Shown: positions 36,455 to 46,105, counted from the first letter of the stretch. The stretch is 58,119 nt of DNA from a virus (IMGVR_UViG_3300046167_000289:1-58119), one strand, 5' to 3'. Notes: generated from the sequence alone by a model not told the origin. Translations and numbers: made by a program.

Positions 36455-36916
36455 TTATTTAGTTTTGATTCCATATTGTTTTTCAATGTTATAATTAATT
36501 GCTCCTTTTATGGTGTTTTTAGGTGATTTTACCAAAAGCAATAGTCTTGCAATCTCTTCCATAACTTCTTCCTCTTTTGTCTCCTCGCAATAACAATCAC
36601 TATATCTTTCTATAAATAATTTTCTAACTAAATCCATATGATACCAATCCAAGCAATTTCCATACATCTGATTAAAATCTTCTCCTTTGCCATCATTCCA
36701 TTGTTTAACCCAATTTAGATATGGGGAATTATCACTAAACATAACCTCGTTAACAAGTTCACATATTGTATCGTAGTACATCTGATGACCACCTCCTCCA
36801 TCTAACCAAGCAAAATATTCAAGCCTTACAAGAGGATACATATCTGATGCACACGCACACAGAATCATATCATAATTTTCTTTAGTAATTTGTTTTTGTT
36901 TTTCGTTTAATAACAT
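36455..36916 (-). CDS. Hypothetical early protein (153 aa)
   Basis: First ORF after the promoter at 36957. Confidence 0.7.
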   Translation of the reverse strand: MLLNEKQKQITKENYDMILCACASDMYPLVRLEYFAWLDGGGGHQMYYDTICELVNEVMFSDNSPYLNWVKQWNDGKGEDFNQMYGNCLDWYHMDLVRKLFIERYSDCYCEETKEEEVMEEIARLLLLVKSPKNTIKGAINYNIEKQYGIKTK

Positions 36917-36956
36917 ATTATTTAGTTTTAATAGATAACTTAATTGCTAACTGAGG

Positions 36957-36986
36957 CAAATATACATCTTTTTTTTAATTACACAA
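36957..36986 (-). promoter_or_regulatory. Bacteroidota-type early promoter
   Basis: TTG-N19-TATATTTG. Confidence 0.75.
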
Positions 36987-37161
36987 CAAAAAAAATAAAA
37001 AACTTCACAATTTAACTTTTTTTATGAATTGCTACCTCTTAATACTATTCTAAATTTGTAACAGAACTTAATAAAGGAACACGTGCATACGTCTACAACA
37101 ATTTTTTCATATAACAAAATAAATCTACTAATAAATTTTGGTATGAGTGATAACGAGTTGC

Positions 37162-37269
37162 ACCCCATTATATTAAACATAGGATTACCCCATTATATTA
37201 AACATACCCCATCATATTAAACAAAAAAAAAGGGAGACAAAATTAATTGACCCCCTTCATATTAAACAT
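37162..37269. repeat. Iteron-like array 2: four CCCCATYATATTAAAC-type units with embedded terminator-like hairpin
   Basis: Cores end at 37178, 37203, 37222, 37267. Confidence 0.9.
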
Positions 37270-37276
37270 TTTATTT

Positions 37277-38488
37277 TTATCTTATCACATAAACTCCAGA
37301 GTTTACTCCTTGAACTAAATACATTAATCCATAACGGATTGCATCCAAAAAATGATTAAACTTATCTATTGGTGCTTCACCCTTATCTTTCCATACATAG
37401 TTGTTTAGCTCTCTTATTATACCGTGAGAACCTCTATCTACTATTATCTCATAATCTTGCATAAGTGCTATACCAGATAATATACTACCTTTCTTCTTTA
37501 CTGTAGGTTTTATGTTAAGACCCAATGTTTTCATCTCTGATATTAAACGTGGCTCACTATTATCACAAATAATTAAATCCATACCACACTCTCTTCTATT
37601 CATACCTGCTATCTCAGATGTGTTTAGATTAGGTTTTCCGTAGATTTCCTTAACCCAAACCTTTCTTGCGTTCTTATCTACCGAAATCTTCACAAGTGTC
37701 GTTAAATCGGCTGAAAATCCAAAATCTTGTCCATAGCAAGTAAGTTCTGTAGGAATAAAGTCTCCAACTCTCCATTTTCTTATAATAGTACCCTCTGCTT
37801 TCTCAAGCCAACCTCCTAATATTTGGTGCTGGTATTTATCTGGTCTCTTACGTTTCATCTCGTAAATTCTCTCTAAGAATGATTGAGATAAGTTCTTCTT
37901 ATTATCTTTGTAAGTTGTATGAACATAAGTAACGTTACCTTTAATCATATTAGAAGCTGCCAATACGTTTTCATTTTGGAAGAACCTCTGATATATCCAA
38001 TGCTCTTTAGTTGTTGGATTCAGTATAAGAATAACTCTGTTCTGTTTAGTTTGTGAACGTATAGAGAAGTCAATCTTATCAAATGTACCCTCATCTACAA
38101 GTTCCTCTGCTTCATCTACAACAAATGTTGTTATACCATTCAAGGATTTAAGTGCAGCAGTTTGGTTACCAGATGACGTTCTAATACCTTTAAATATTAT
38201 AGAGCTACCTGTCTTTAGGTTCATAATCTCATCTTTAGTTATCCTAAAGTCATCGTGAACTCCCATTAAGTTAATCTTCTCAATAAATTCAGGTATAATA
38301 GATGTATGTGCTGACATCATTGTATAACGTGAGAACAGTATCTTATGACCTTGTTCATAGGTTAGGTTAAGTAAGAATACGTTTATACCAAACGACTTAC
38401 CACTACCCCTACCTCCTGTAACAACAAAATACCTGCTATCATTCTTGAAAACAGGTATGTATTTTTCGTGTATGTCTATCTTACTCAT
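37277..38488 (-). CDS. terL: Terminase large subunit (PBSX/XtmB-like)
   Basis: GGRGSGKS, VVDEAEE, LNP, GQDFGF, NHFLDAIRY. Confidence 0.95.
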   Translation of the reverse strand: MSKIDIHEKYIPVFKNDSRYFVVTGGRGSGKSFGINVFLLNLTYEQGHKILFSRYTMMSAHTSIIPEFIEKINLMGVHDDFRITKDEIMNLKTGSSIIFKGIRTSSGNQTAALKSLNGITTFVVDEAEELVDEGTFDKIDFSIRSQTKQNRVILILNPTTKEHWIYQRFFQNENVLAASNMIKGNVTYVHTTYKDNKKNLSQSFLERIYEMKRKRPDKYQHQILGGWLEKAEGTIIRKWRVGDFIPTELTCYGQDFGFSADLTTLVKISVDKNARKVWVKEIYGKPNLNTSEIAGMNRRECGMDLIICDNSEPRLISEMKTLGLNIKPTVKKKGSILSGIALMQDYEIIVDRGSHGIIRELNNYVWKDKGEAPIDKFNHFLDAIRYGLMYLVQGVNSGVYVIR

Positions 38489-38867
38489 CCTTTGGTGTTA
38501 CGTCTATAATCTTCTCTTTAATCTTCTTACCCTCGATACTATCTCCAAAGAAATTAATTACAGGAGCATTAGGTTTCTTAGTAGAGGTTTCCTTGTCTTC
38601 ATCATAAGCATAGTCCATAAGTAATTTCATATGATTGTAGCTACCTTCTTTTGCTTTCTCAGCTAAACTCTCAAAAGCATTTACCTCACTACCAAATACA
38701 TTCTTGATAGCTTTCTTAGCATATTGCTTCTTACGATTCTTCTTAGCAGTATTCATTGCAGGTTTGTTAGACCTCTCTTTATCTGGTACAGGTAGCTTGG
38801 GAATAGATTTCTTTCTACTATTCCCTTTTCTACCATCTGTTGGCTTAATCTCTTGTGAATTACTCAT
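38481..38867 (-). CDS. Probable terminase small subunit
   Basis: Basic 128 aa overlapping the terL start, behind a late promoter. Confidence 0.55.
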   Translation of the reverse strand: MSNSQEIKPTDGRKGNSRKKSIPKLPVPDKERSNKPAMNTAKKNRKKQYAKKAIKNVFGSEVNAFESLAEKAKEGSYNHMKLLMDYAYDEDKETSTKKPNAPVINFFGDSIEGKKIKEKIIDVTPKDE

Positions 38868-38872
38868 ATTAT

Positions 38873-38901
38873 GATAACTAATGTGTTGTTGTTTTGTTTT
38901 T
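38873..38901 (-). promoter_or_regulatory. Putative late promoter (terminase)
   Basis: AAAAAC-N17-GTTATC, ATG 5 nt downstream. Confidence 0.6.
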
Positions 38902-39143
38902 TACAAATCATCTAAACACCAAATAGGTGTCATATCTCCAACCCAAGCAGAACTAACATTGTATTCAAAATACTCTAAAGCATCTTCCTCTGTCATACCA
39001 TCTGACATAAGAATACTTATACATAAACTTTTAGAGTATATCAATCTCATACTTTGGTTATCTAATCCAATTATAGCATTATCAAAACCATCAGCTTTTA
39101 ATAACTCTTCCTCATCAATAAATTCTAATATTTTATCTAACAT
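38901..39143 (-). CDS. Hypothetical phage protein (80 aa)
   Basis: ADGFDNAIIG...EDALEYFEYNV...GDMTP; occupies the slot of the methyltransferase in copy A. Confidence 0.75.
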   Translation of the reverse strand: MLDKILEFIDEEELLKADGFDNAIIGLDNQSMRLIYSKSLCISILMSDGMTEEDALEYFEYNVSSAWVGDMTPIWCLDDL

Positions 39144-39153
39144 ATATTTGTTT

Positions 39154-39471
39154 TTAGCTATAGTAGTAATAGTTGTCTTGCTGACCTCTTTCAGCCTCGT
39201 AATAGTTCTTTGTAATCTCTATTTGATACTCCAACAGACCTGACAAGTAACCACATATAAAAGTAACATCTGCATCTGACAAAGGATAAACATCTTCTCC
39301 CTCTAATATCTCTATTCTTAACACTTCGTTTATGTCAAGAAATAAGTCTATTGTATAATCTTCTCCTTCATAATAGATAGAAACCTCATTAGGAAGTGGG
39401 TTCGAAGAAAAGCCTTCTGTTGAATATTCTGGTCTTATAGATAATATCTTATCTTTTAACTGCTCGGTCAT
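39154..39471 (-). CDS. Hypothetical protein (105 aa)
   Basis: Copy of 420-737. Confidence 0.8.
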   Translation of the reverse strand: MTEQLKDKILSIRPEYSTEGFSSNPLPNEVSIYYEGEDYTIDLFLDINEVLRIEILEGEDVYPLSDADVTFICGYLSGLLEYQIEITKNYYEAERGQQDNYYYYS

Positions 39472-39499
39472 AATATTTGTTTTAATTGTTAGTAATACT

Positions 39500-39529
39500 C
39501 AAATCTACAATACTTTTTTGAATTGACAA
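39500..39529 (-). promoter_or_regulatory. Bacteroidota-type promoter
   Basis: TTG-N19-TAGATTTG. Confidence 0.75.
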
Positions 39530-39553
39530 TGTTTTTTAACATTTCTTTAACAT

Positions 39554-39769
39554 TTACCTGTCTACCCTATCTTTACTTCTCAACAGTTCTATCTCCCTAT
39601 TTAAGTAGTCTTGTGCCTTAATTAAGTCGAGCAATTCATCGTGCTTCTTACCTGCTCTTGCAATATACTTAATGATATTGCCTCTACAAAAGTTTAGTTC
39701 GTAATCTCTTATAACATCTATGATGTCGTAATCTTTTCCATTCTCGTAGTGTGGTTGCGTTCCTCTCAT
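39554..39769 (-). CDS. DUF3310-like protein
   Basis: Copy of 2685-2900. Confidence 0.8.
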   Translation of the reverse strand: MRGTQPHYENGKDYDIIDVIRDYELNFCRGNIIKYIARAGKKHDELLDLIKAQDYLNREIELLRSKDRVDR

Positions 39770-39857
39770 AATTAATTCTCTTTGATTGTAACTATTATTT
39801 TTATTATCACTATAATAAGTATTGTTATAAATATTCCCATAATATATAATTTATTGA

Positions 39858-40403
39858 TTAAAAACAGTAACCCTCCATAGAGGTTTCTCCTAAAAAAACT
39901 TGACATTCATCTTTAGTTTTCCAACCCCAAGATTTAACTCTTAAACTAACAATCTCTCGTACTTCTTCTCTTTTCTCCTCTGGAATAGTGTCTATAAGCA
40001 CTTCTAAGGCATCTTTATCTTTGTTTAGTGTATTTGTATAGATATTCTGTTTAGAGTCGTTTAAACGCTTCTTTTGTGCTTGTTCTATTGTAAGAAACTC
40101 TTCAGCCTTATCATTAAAGTATACATTATATGTATTTCTAAACGATGCAAATGATTTATAGTAGATACCTATTTTTTTTACTGCGTGAGTTATAGAAGAA
40201 CGACCTTTTTGCACACCTCTTGTACTAAACCAATCAGAAATCATCTCATCAGTCATAAAGTTCAAATCTTTTAGTATTTTATAGAATAATGTTCGTGTAA
40301 TCATTATCTCTGTCTTCCTTGAATTGCTATTTAGCTCAATTCCTGTTAACTGTTCGTAATCTTTAGCTAAATCATCTGCTATTTGTTTATTATATCCTCT
40401 CAT
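39858..40403 (-). CDS. Putative DNA-binding protein (DnaA domain IV-like)
   Basis: Copy of 2989-3534. Confidence 0.5.
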   Translation of the reverse strand: MRGYNKQIADDLAKDYEQLTGIELNSNSRKTEIMITRTLFYKILKDLNFMTDEMISDWFSTRGVQKGRSSITHAVKKIGIYYKSFASFRNTYNVYFNDKAEEFLTIEQAQKKRLNDSKQNIYTNTLNKDKDALEVLIDTIPEEKREEVREIVSLRVKSWGWKTKDECQVFLGETSMEGYCF

Positions 40404-40413
40404 CTTGTTTGTT

Positions 40414-40656
40414 TTAATTTAATTTGTTATTTTCTTTTATTTTATCTATTTCTATCATTGTTTTAGTGAAAGTATTGGTCTCATACCAATCTAAAGCCTT
40501 TTTTATACCAGCACAAGCCAAATAATACTCTTGTTCCTCGTAATATTCTAAAATTTCTTCTAAAATATACTTAGGTAGACCCTCTTGAATCTCTATTATT
40601 GAATTCGAGAAGTATAACTCAACAATATACCTATCATCATCGCTTAATGTTTTCAT
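40414..40656 (-). CDS. Hypothetical protein (80 aa)
   Basis: Copy of 3545-3787. Confidence 0.75.
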   Translation of the reverse strand: MKTLSDDDRYIVELYFSNSIIEIQEGLPKYILEEILEYYEEQEYYLACAGIKKALDWYETNTFTKTMIEIDKIKENNKLN

Positions 40657-41374
40657 AACAGTCTGTTTTAAGTGTTAGTAATGACTTAGCTTCATTAAAC
40701 ATAGATTTAGCATCGTCTCCATATATTTCCTTATACAATCTATAGGTTCTATTGACTAATGAATACTTGTTTTTAGAGTCTTTAAACAACTTTTTAGCAT
40801 AAGCCTTACCATACCCCTTACAGTAGTTTATATTGTCAGCAGTATCGCCAATTATCATCTGATAGTAGAAGTTCTCATTTGCTTCTTGCTCTGAAATTTT
40901 AATTAGCTCTCTACTTTTATAGTTGTAGTTATAAAACCAACAAGGGAATTGCTTGTAGTCTTTGTCTAATGACATTATTATTACAGAGTCAACACCATTC
41001 TTCTCTACCTCTTCTGCCCACAATGTAGCTACAACATCATCTGTTTCTACACCATCACCATAAATTGAATCATATGCAAGTTTAACCATATCGTGAAGTA
41101 GAGGCAATATCTCTGGTCTCTTCTGTGTTCTGTTTAACTTGTATGTAGGAGATATGTTCTTTCTAAAGTTATTCTTAGAACCATTACAAACGATAATCTC
41201 ATCTATCTTTACCAATTCCTCTAAGAAAGAAATTAACTTATCAAAGCTATCCTCAAACTTATCGAAAGCTACATTTACATCAGTCTCAAATATATCATCT
41301 GGAGACTCTCTATCATCTTTTCTCTTAAAGCAAGAGGCATAGATTAAACTGTCTGCATCAACGATTACTTTCAT
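40637..41374 (-). CDS. 5'-3' exonuclease
   Basis: MKVIVDADSL..., ETDD, DKD, GDTADNI. Confidence 0.88.
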   Translation of the reverse strand: MKVIVDADSLIYASCFKRKDDRESPDDIFETDVNVAFDKFEDSFDKLISFLEELVKIDEIIVCNGSKNNFRKNISPTYKLNRTQKRPEILPLLHDMVKLAYDSIYGDGVETDDVVATLWAEEVEKNGVDSVIIMSLDKDYKQFPCWFYNYNYKSRELIKISEQEANENFYYQMIIGDTADNINYCKGYGKAYAKKLFKDSKNKYSLVNRTYRLYKEIYGDDAKSMFNEAKSLLTLKTDCYENIKR

Positions 41375-41534
41375 AACTTGGTATTGATTTAATATACACA
41401 GGTCTTCTATATACTCTTTTGTCATCAACCCATCCTGTGATAGGGTTTATTTTCTTTTCCCAAAACTTGGTCAATCTTTGTTGTTTAGTTCGCTTCATAA
41501 TGTTTTATGTTTTATTTAAAGCAAATCTACAAAA

Positions 41535-42032
41535 CTATTTATAAACTTGCAAGTACTTTTTAAGTTTATTCACTACTCCTGATATACAAGGAGAGCAACT
41601 TGTGTTAGTTTTCTGATTGGTATTGAAGATGTTATTGTGTATGGTAATCAATCTTACTTTCTGCTCATTAGTTATTTTTCTTGTATTGCTATCTACAAAA
41701 TCACTTAAGTAAGTATAATCATCTTCTGAGATACAGTTTATCTTTTTATAAGTAAACAACTTATTTAACTGAACTTGTCTCTCATCACAACCACAGTCCT
41801 CACCAGCTATAAATTTCACTAACTTGTCTACTCCTGTAGCCTTAGTAATCTTAGCTACTGTATCACCTACACCTTTTGATTGTGCTTCTACATTCTGCTT
41901 TAACTTACTGTAGTCTTCACTTCTCTTAGATGCTTTCCATTCTTTATACTCTCTGTAATCTTTAGACCTCTTGTCTATAGTTTCGTAGTATCCTTGTTTC
42001 TCTAATTCTAAATAATAATTATCTGGTCTCAT
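41535..42032 (-). CDS. Cys-rich hypothetical phage protein
   Basis: Copy of 4665-5162. Confidence 0.8.
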   Translation of the reverse strand: MRPDNYYLELEKQGYYETIDKRSKDYREYKEWKASKRSEDYSKLKQNVEAQSKGVGDTVAKITKATGVDKLVKFIAGEDCGCDERQVQLNKLFTYKKINCISEDDYTYLSDFVDSNTRKITNEQKVRLITIHNNIFNTNQKTNTSCSPCISGVVNKLKKYLQVYK

Positions 42033-42559
42033 ATCTTGTCAAAATCTTGGTTAAAGTAATCTATTAAATCTTCTGATAAATGTTCTCTTAATATAGCTTT
42101 TTGGTTTAGTATAGAATTATGTATGGAAGTTAATCCTATCTTAGCACCTTTAGATATTGCTCGTAACGACAAGCCTTGTATAAAGTATAACTCAAACAAC
42201 CTCCTGTCATAAACAGTCCAATCGGATATTATATTTTCTACCTGCTTCATTATAGCGCTAAACGCATCGTCTTCTGCTATATCATATGGTGATTCAACAA
42301 CCTCATCATTCTCTAATATCTCATAGAAAATACTATTTCTTTTATCTTTTAAATAAGAATAGTAAAGGTTTCTCAATGTAATCCATACAAAGTACCTGTT
42401 AACATCATCCTTATACATAATCCTACTCTCATCTTTCACAAGTCTGTGCATCCTCAGATACATATCTTGAACTAAGTCTTTAGCAACATCAGTCTTACAA
42501 CCTAAATTCACTAACATCTTAATCCACAGCTCGTGATGAACTGCTAACTTTTCTAACAT
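42029..42559 (-). CDS. ECF-like sigma factor
   Basis: Copy of 5159-5689. Confidence 0.8.
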   Translation of the reverse strand: MLEKLAVHHELWIKMLVNLGCKTDVAKDLVQDMYLRMHRLVKDESRIMYKDDVNRYFVWITLRNLYYSYLKDKRNSIFYEILENDEVVESPYDIAEDDAFSAIMKQVENIISDWTVYDRRLFELYFIQGLSLRAISKGAKIGLTSIHNSILNQKAILREHLSEDLIDYFNQDFDKI

Positions 42560-42954
42560 TAAATTTCTTTTATAATTATTTCTACTCTTGGGTTCTCTCT
42601 ATCTAATTCTGTCGGCATTATAGTCTCTTTCTTTACATAATCATCATTATCATCTTCCCAACAACCATACTCGGTTATAGAGTCTAATAAGAACTTACTT
42701 ACTACACTAATTACATTCATCTTGTCTAAGCGTCTTTTAGAGCCTTTATAGACCTTATAAGTTACCTCGACAGGTGTTTGTATAGATAAGCCTTCTAACT
42801 GCTCTCTAAGAGCCTCTGAATAGGCTTTCTTGGCATCATTACTTATTCTATGATGTAAGTTCCTATATGTATTCATATTCAAAGCAATCCTCTTATCTTT
42901 AACAGTCTTTCTCGGTAGCATAATAAATAAAGGGGATATTATCTTATGAGTCAT
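42559..42954 (-). CDS. RusA-like resolvase
   Basis: Copy of 5689-6084. Confidence 0.7.
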   Translation of the reverse strand: MTHKIISPLFIMLPRKTVKDKRIALNMNTYRNLHHRISNDAKKAYSEALREQLEGLSIQTPVEVTYKVYKGSKRRLDKMNVISVVSKFLLDSITEYGCWEDDNDDYVKKETIMPTELDRENPRVEIIIKEI

Positions 42955-43345
42955 ATGCTATGTGTTTAGCCATTGACTCAGGTAGTTCATAAGAGTACTT
43001 GTCTATTTTACTGTTGTCATTAAAATCTGTAGTCTTAGGGCATTTAAAGGCTTTTACAGGTGTTTTAACGATAGATGATATGTTCTTGGATATATTGAAT
43101 ACCCAAACTCCTTTTTCGTCTGTTACAACGTATAAAAACGTCTTTCCCTTTATTTGTGCTTCTTGATAATTTCTATACATTTTCATAGCTTCAATAATTT
43201 TATCAGAATAATACTTTCTTCTGTTCTTTATTTCAACTATGTAATTAACGTCAAAAGCATCGTAACAACTATAAGTGTCCGATGCTAATGAAAGGTTAAT
43301 ACCTTTAATGTTATTTAATAAATCTATAGTAGATTGCTCTGTCAT
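42944..43345 (-). CDS. PD-(D/E)XK-like nuclease
   Basis: Copy of 6074-6475. Confidence 0.6.
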   Translation of the reverse strand: MTEQSTIDLLNNIKGINLSLASDTYSCYDAFDVNYIVEIKNRRKYYSDKIIEAMKMYRNYQEAQIKGKTFLYVVTDEKGVWVFNISKNISSIVKTPVKAFKCPKTTDFNDNSKIDKYSYELPESMAKHIAYDS

Positions 43346-44061
43346 TACAAGTCCATCTTTACATTAAAAGCAGTATGACCACCTAATACAATACCGAGAC
43401 CAACTGCTTCTTTCTTACCTCCTTGCATATATCCCATAGCATATGATTTACTATCTATACCACAACCTACTGCCATACCAAAGATAGCTCTTGTCTTACC
43501 AAACATCCATTCACAATAAAAGTCTGTATGGTAGTGTCCAGATACAGTAGACACCATATCTCTTTTTGCAGCCATTCTTGCTTTACCACTTTTATCTCCG
43601 TGAACATACCTAACACCATCGTAATAAACCTCTGTTACAAAGTTCCAATTAGGTGTCTCTAATACTTCAGAGAATTCCTTAATCCATTTACTTGGAATGT
43701 TAGATGATTGTGCTTTACGTATAATAATTCTATCGTGATTACCTAAAGTAACATCTGCATCTGGAAATGCTTTATACCATTTAGCTAATTTCTTTACAGC
43801 TTGTTCTAACTCAAACTTACCTCCCATACCATCTGCCGATGATTCGTGATAGCTTGAATAATGATTGTCAATAACGTCTCCAATAAAAACAACCTTGTTA
43901 CAGTTATGTATAGCATACTGTTCTTTACAGAAATCTAAATAACCATCTAAGCAAAATGGCTCGTGTAAATCACCTATAACAAGAACTCTGTTCTCTACTT
44001 TAGTTAGGTTCTGGTAGGCTTTTAATATTTTACCTTTTAATCTTGGTCTAAAATCTTTCAT
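43345..44061 (-). CDS. Calcineurin-like metallophosphoesterase
   Basis: Copy of 6475-7191. Confidence 0.9.
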   Translation of the reverse strand: MKDFRPRLKGKILKAYQNLTKVENRVLVIGDLHEPFCLDGYLDFCKEQYAIHNCNKVVFIGDVIDNHYSSYHESSADGMGGKFELEQAVKKLAKWYKAFPDADVTLGNHDRIIIRKAQSSNIPSKWIKEFSEVLETPNWNFVTEVYYDGVRYVHGDKSGKARMAAKRDMVSTVSGHYHTDFYCEWMFGKTRAIFGMAVGCGIDSKSYAMGYMQGGKKEAVGLGIVLGGHTAFNVKMDL

Positions 44062-44130
44062 AATTATATCTTATGTTATAAATATAATGCTTATTGCATA
44101 GTTTTTATTGGAAAGTTATTAACATACTTA

Positions 44131-44988
44131 TTAAAACCCAAGTATTTCGTCAGCAGTAATTATCTTAGGTAGACCATTTTCATTTAAGATAAAATCAAAA
44201 GATTCAAATGGTGTATTTCTGCTTCTCTTACAAGATACTGTTATACATCCAAACTTATTCTCATCTCTTTCTAACTGTATCTGAGTCTCCGCCTTTTTTT
44301 CGAGGAAACTACCTAAATGTCCTGTGGGCTTGTCGCTCCCAAAGTTACTATGGATTACAGTTACAATGTGGCAATTATAAATAGATGTCCAAGACATTAT
44401 CTTTTGTACTATAGCAGAAGACTCCTCTAAATTATTTGCATCGCTAACTAAATCTGCAATTCCGTCAATTACGATTAAACCTATTTTTTTACCTTCCTCT
44501 CTCATACAGTCTAAGTAATACTGTATAAAATCTATCCTATCTTTATAACCTATTTTTCTTAAAGCAAATGTATGGTAGAAGTCTAAGTTTAGTCCATTGT
44601 TCATCCATTCTATCCTTTTAAACACTCTCTGCGAATGCCAGTCACCTTGCTCTGTGTCAAAGTGTACGAAGTGTTTATTATCTCTAAAAGAATTCATACC
44701 TTTAGTAAACTCGCCATCAGGATTACAAAATGCTGAACCTAATAAACTAATGAAGAATGTTTTCATTGATTTTGGAGGTGCTTGTACAAAGCTAAAATTT
44801 CCGTATGTACAAATTGCAGTAGGAAATTCTTGTACATTTCCATCTTTAAGTGTTACTTTATTTGTCTTAAATCCAATAGCTACAGGAGGGTGTTCTATCT
44901 TCTTACTTAAATCTATAGCACATTCTTCCTCTATAGATTGCATATACATTATGTGGTCGTTATGTTCTTGTAATTCTTGTTCTGTCAT
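44131..44988 (-). CDS. AAA/RecA-family helicase/ATPase, allele B
   Basis: Same motifs as 7260-8117, noticeably diverged. Confidence 0.8.
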   Translation of the reverse strand: MTEQELQEHNDHIMYMQSIEEECAIDLSKKIEHPPVAIGFKTNKVTLKDGNVQEFPTAICTYGNFSFVQAPPKSMKTFFISLLGSAFCNPDGEFTKGMNSFRDNKHFVHFDTEQGDWHSQRVFKRIEWMNNGLNLDFYHTFALRKIGYKDRIDFIQYYLDCMREEGKKIGLIVIDGIADLVSDANNLEESSAIVQKIMSWTSIYNCHIVTVIHSNFGSDKPTGHLGSFLEKKAETQIQLERDENKFGCITVSCKRSRNTPFESFDFILNENGLPKIITADEILGF

Positions 44989-45010
44989 ATTTGTTGTTTT
45001 GTTTATTAAT

Positions 45011-45041
45011 AAAAAAAAGGGAGGCTTTTAAACCTCCCCTT
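45011..45041 (-). terminator. Intrinsic terminator after SSB
   Basis: GGGAGG/CCTCCC stem plus U8. Confidence 0.7.
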
Positions 45042-45048
45042 GTCTAAT

Positions 45049-45387
45049 TTAGAAAGGTAAATCGTTAGTCGCTAACTCCTCTGTTGGCACACCAATATCT
45101 GTTGCAGGTGCATTAGCTCCTGATTTAAATACTTTCCAAGCTGAAAGGCTCACATAGTACTTACCATTGTATTCATTACCTCTAACGTTGAAACTAACGT
45201 CTACAGATGCTCCTACTTTATTGTACTTGATAAAGTCATCTACCTTATCTTGTACTATTTCAAACTTAACATCTTGAGGGTACTTCTCATCATTTGTTGT
45301 GATAACAAATTCTACTTTCTGAAATCCAGAGTCAAATACTTGTTTTTCTCCGATTAATTTAATTGTTCCTGTTAATTGTAAACTCAT
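45049..45387 (-). CDS. SSB (DUF3127-like)
   Basis: Copy of 8640-8978. Confidence 0.85.
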   Translation of the reverse strand: MSLQLTGTIKLIGEKQVFDSGFQKVEFVITTNDEKYPQDVKFEIVQDKVDDFIKYNKVGASVDVSFNVRGNEYNGKYYVSLSAWKVFKSGANAPATDIGVPTEELATNDLPF

Positions 45388-45416
45388 AATTCTAATTTTA
45401 ATTTAATTGTTAATAT

Positions 45417-45563
45417 TTATATTCCTACTTCTATTCCGTTATCTATGGTCTCTATAATGTGTCTAAACACACTTCGCTCTTGTTCACCTGTTACATCTAC
45501 TCCGTTTAAAATAAGTCTGTAATGGTCTTCTTTACCTGTTGGCTTTAGCTCTATACTATTCAT
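45417..45563 (-). CDS. Hypothetical protein (48 aa)
   Basis: Copy of 9008-9154. Confidence 0.65.
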   Translation of the reverse strand: MNSIELKPTGKEDHYRLILNGVDVTGEQERSVFRHIIETIDNGIEVGI

Positions 45564-45568
45564 ATTAT

Positions 45569-46105
45569 TTAATATTTTAATGATAATTCACATATTTCTA
45601 ACCACTTATTCTCTCCTTCTGGAGTCTTTCTAAATGGGAACGCATTTGATATAGTTTGCTGTAAATCCATATCACAATTATAAAGTTCACTTAAACTTAG
45701 TTCTCCAAATTTATTTACATTGTTTTCAAACCTATCTCTTATTCCGTATTTATCTAAAAAGAAACCTAATCTTGTCTGCCTAAACTCATCAGTGGTTTGA
45801 TACCCTTTAAAATAAATCTGTTGAGAATCACCAAGCCCATTATAATCTATGTTTACAGTATGTATTTGGTAATTTGATAAGAAATTACTAAAAGAGTCGT
45901 GATTAAAGAACTCTGGTCGAGTATCTTCTTCTATAAAAAATTCTACCTTATAAGTAAATAAATCCATATTATCATACATTTGAGGTATTAGTGTTTGAAA
46001 CTCAAAAACACCTTCACTTGTATAGTTAAATTTCATTGGTGTATCATAACCTATAAGATTAATAACATCTGCTTCTGACTGTAATTCTGTTAATTTGTAA
46101 TTCAT
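45569..46105 (-). CDS. Hypothetical protein (178 aa), copy B only
   Basis: Flanked by a 16-bp direct repeat. Confidence 0.75.
   Translation of the reverse strand: MNYKLTELQSEADVINLIGYDTPMKFNYTSEGVFEFQTLIPQMYDNMDLFTYKVEFFIEEDTRPEFFNHDSFSNFLSNYQIHTVNIDYNGLGDSQQIYFKGYQTTDEFRQTRLGFFLDKYGIRDRFENNVNKFGELSLSELYNCDMDLQQTISNAFPFRKTPEGENKWLEICELSLKY

Noticed and set aside
34815-37269. Mini-CRISPR array
   Set aside because: Units of ~16 bp with mostly 2-9 bp between them, no spacer-length unique sequence and no cas genes.
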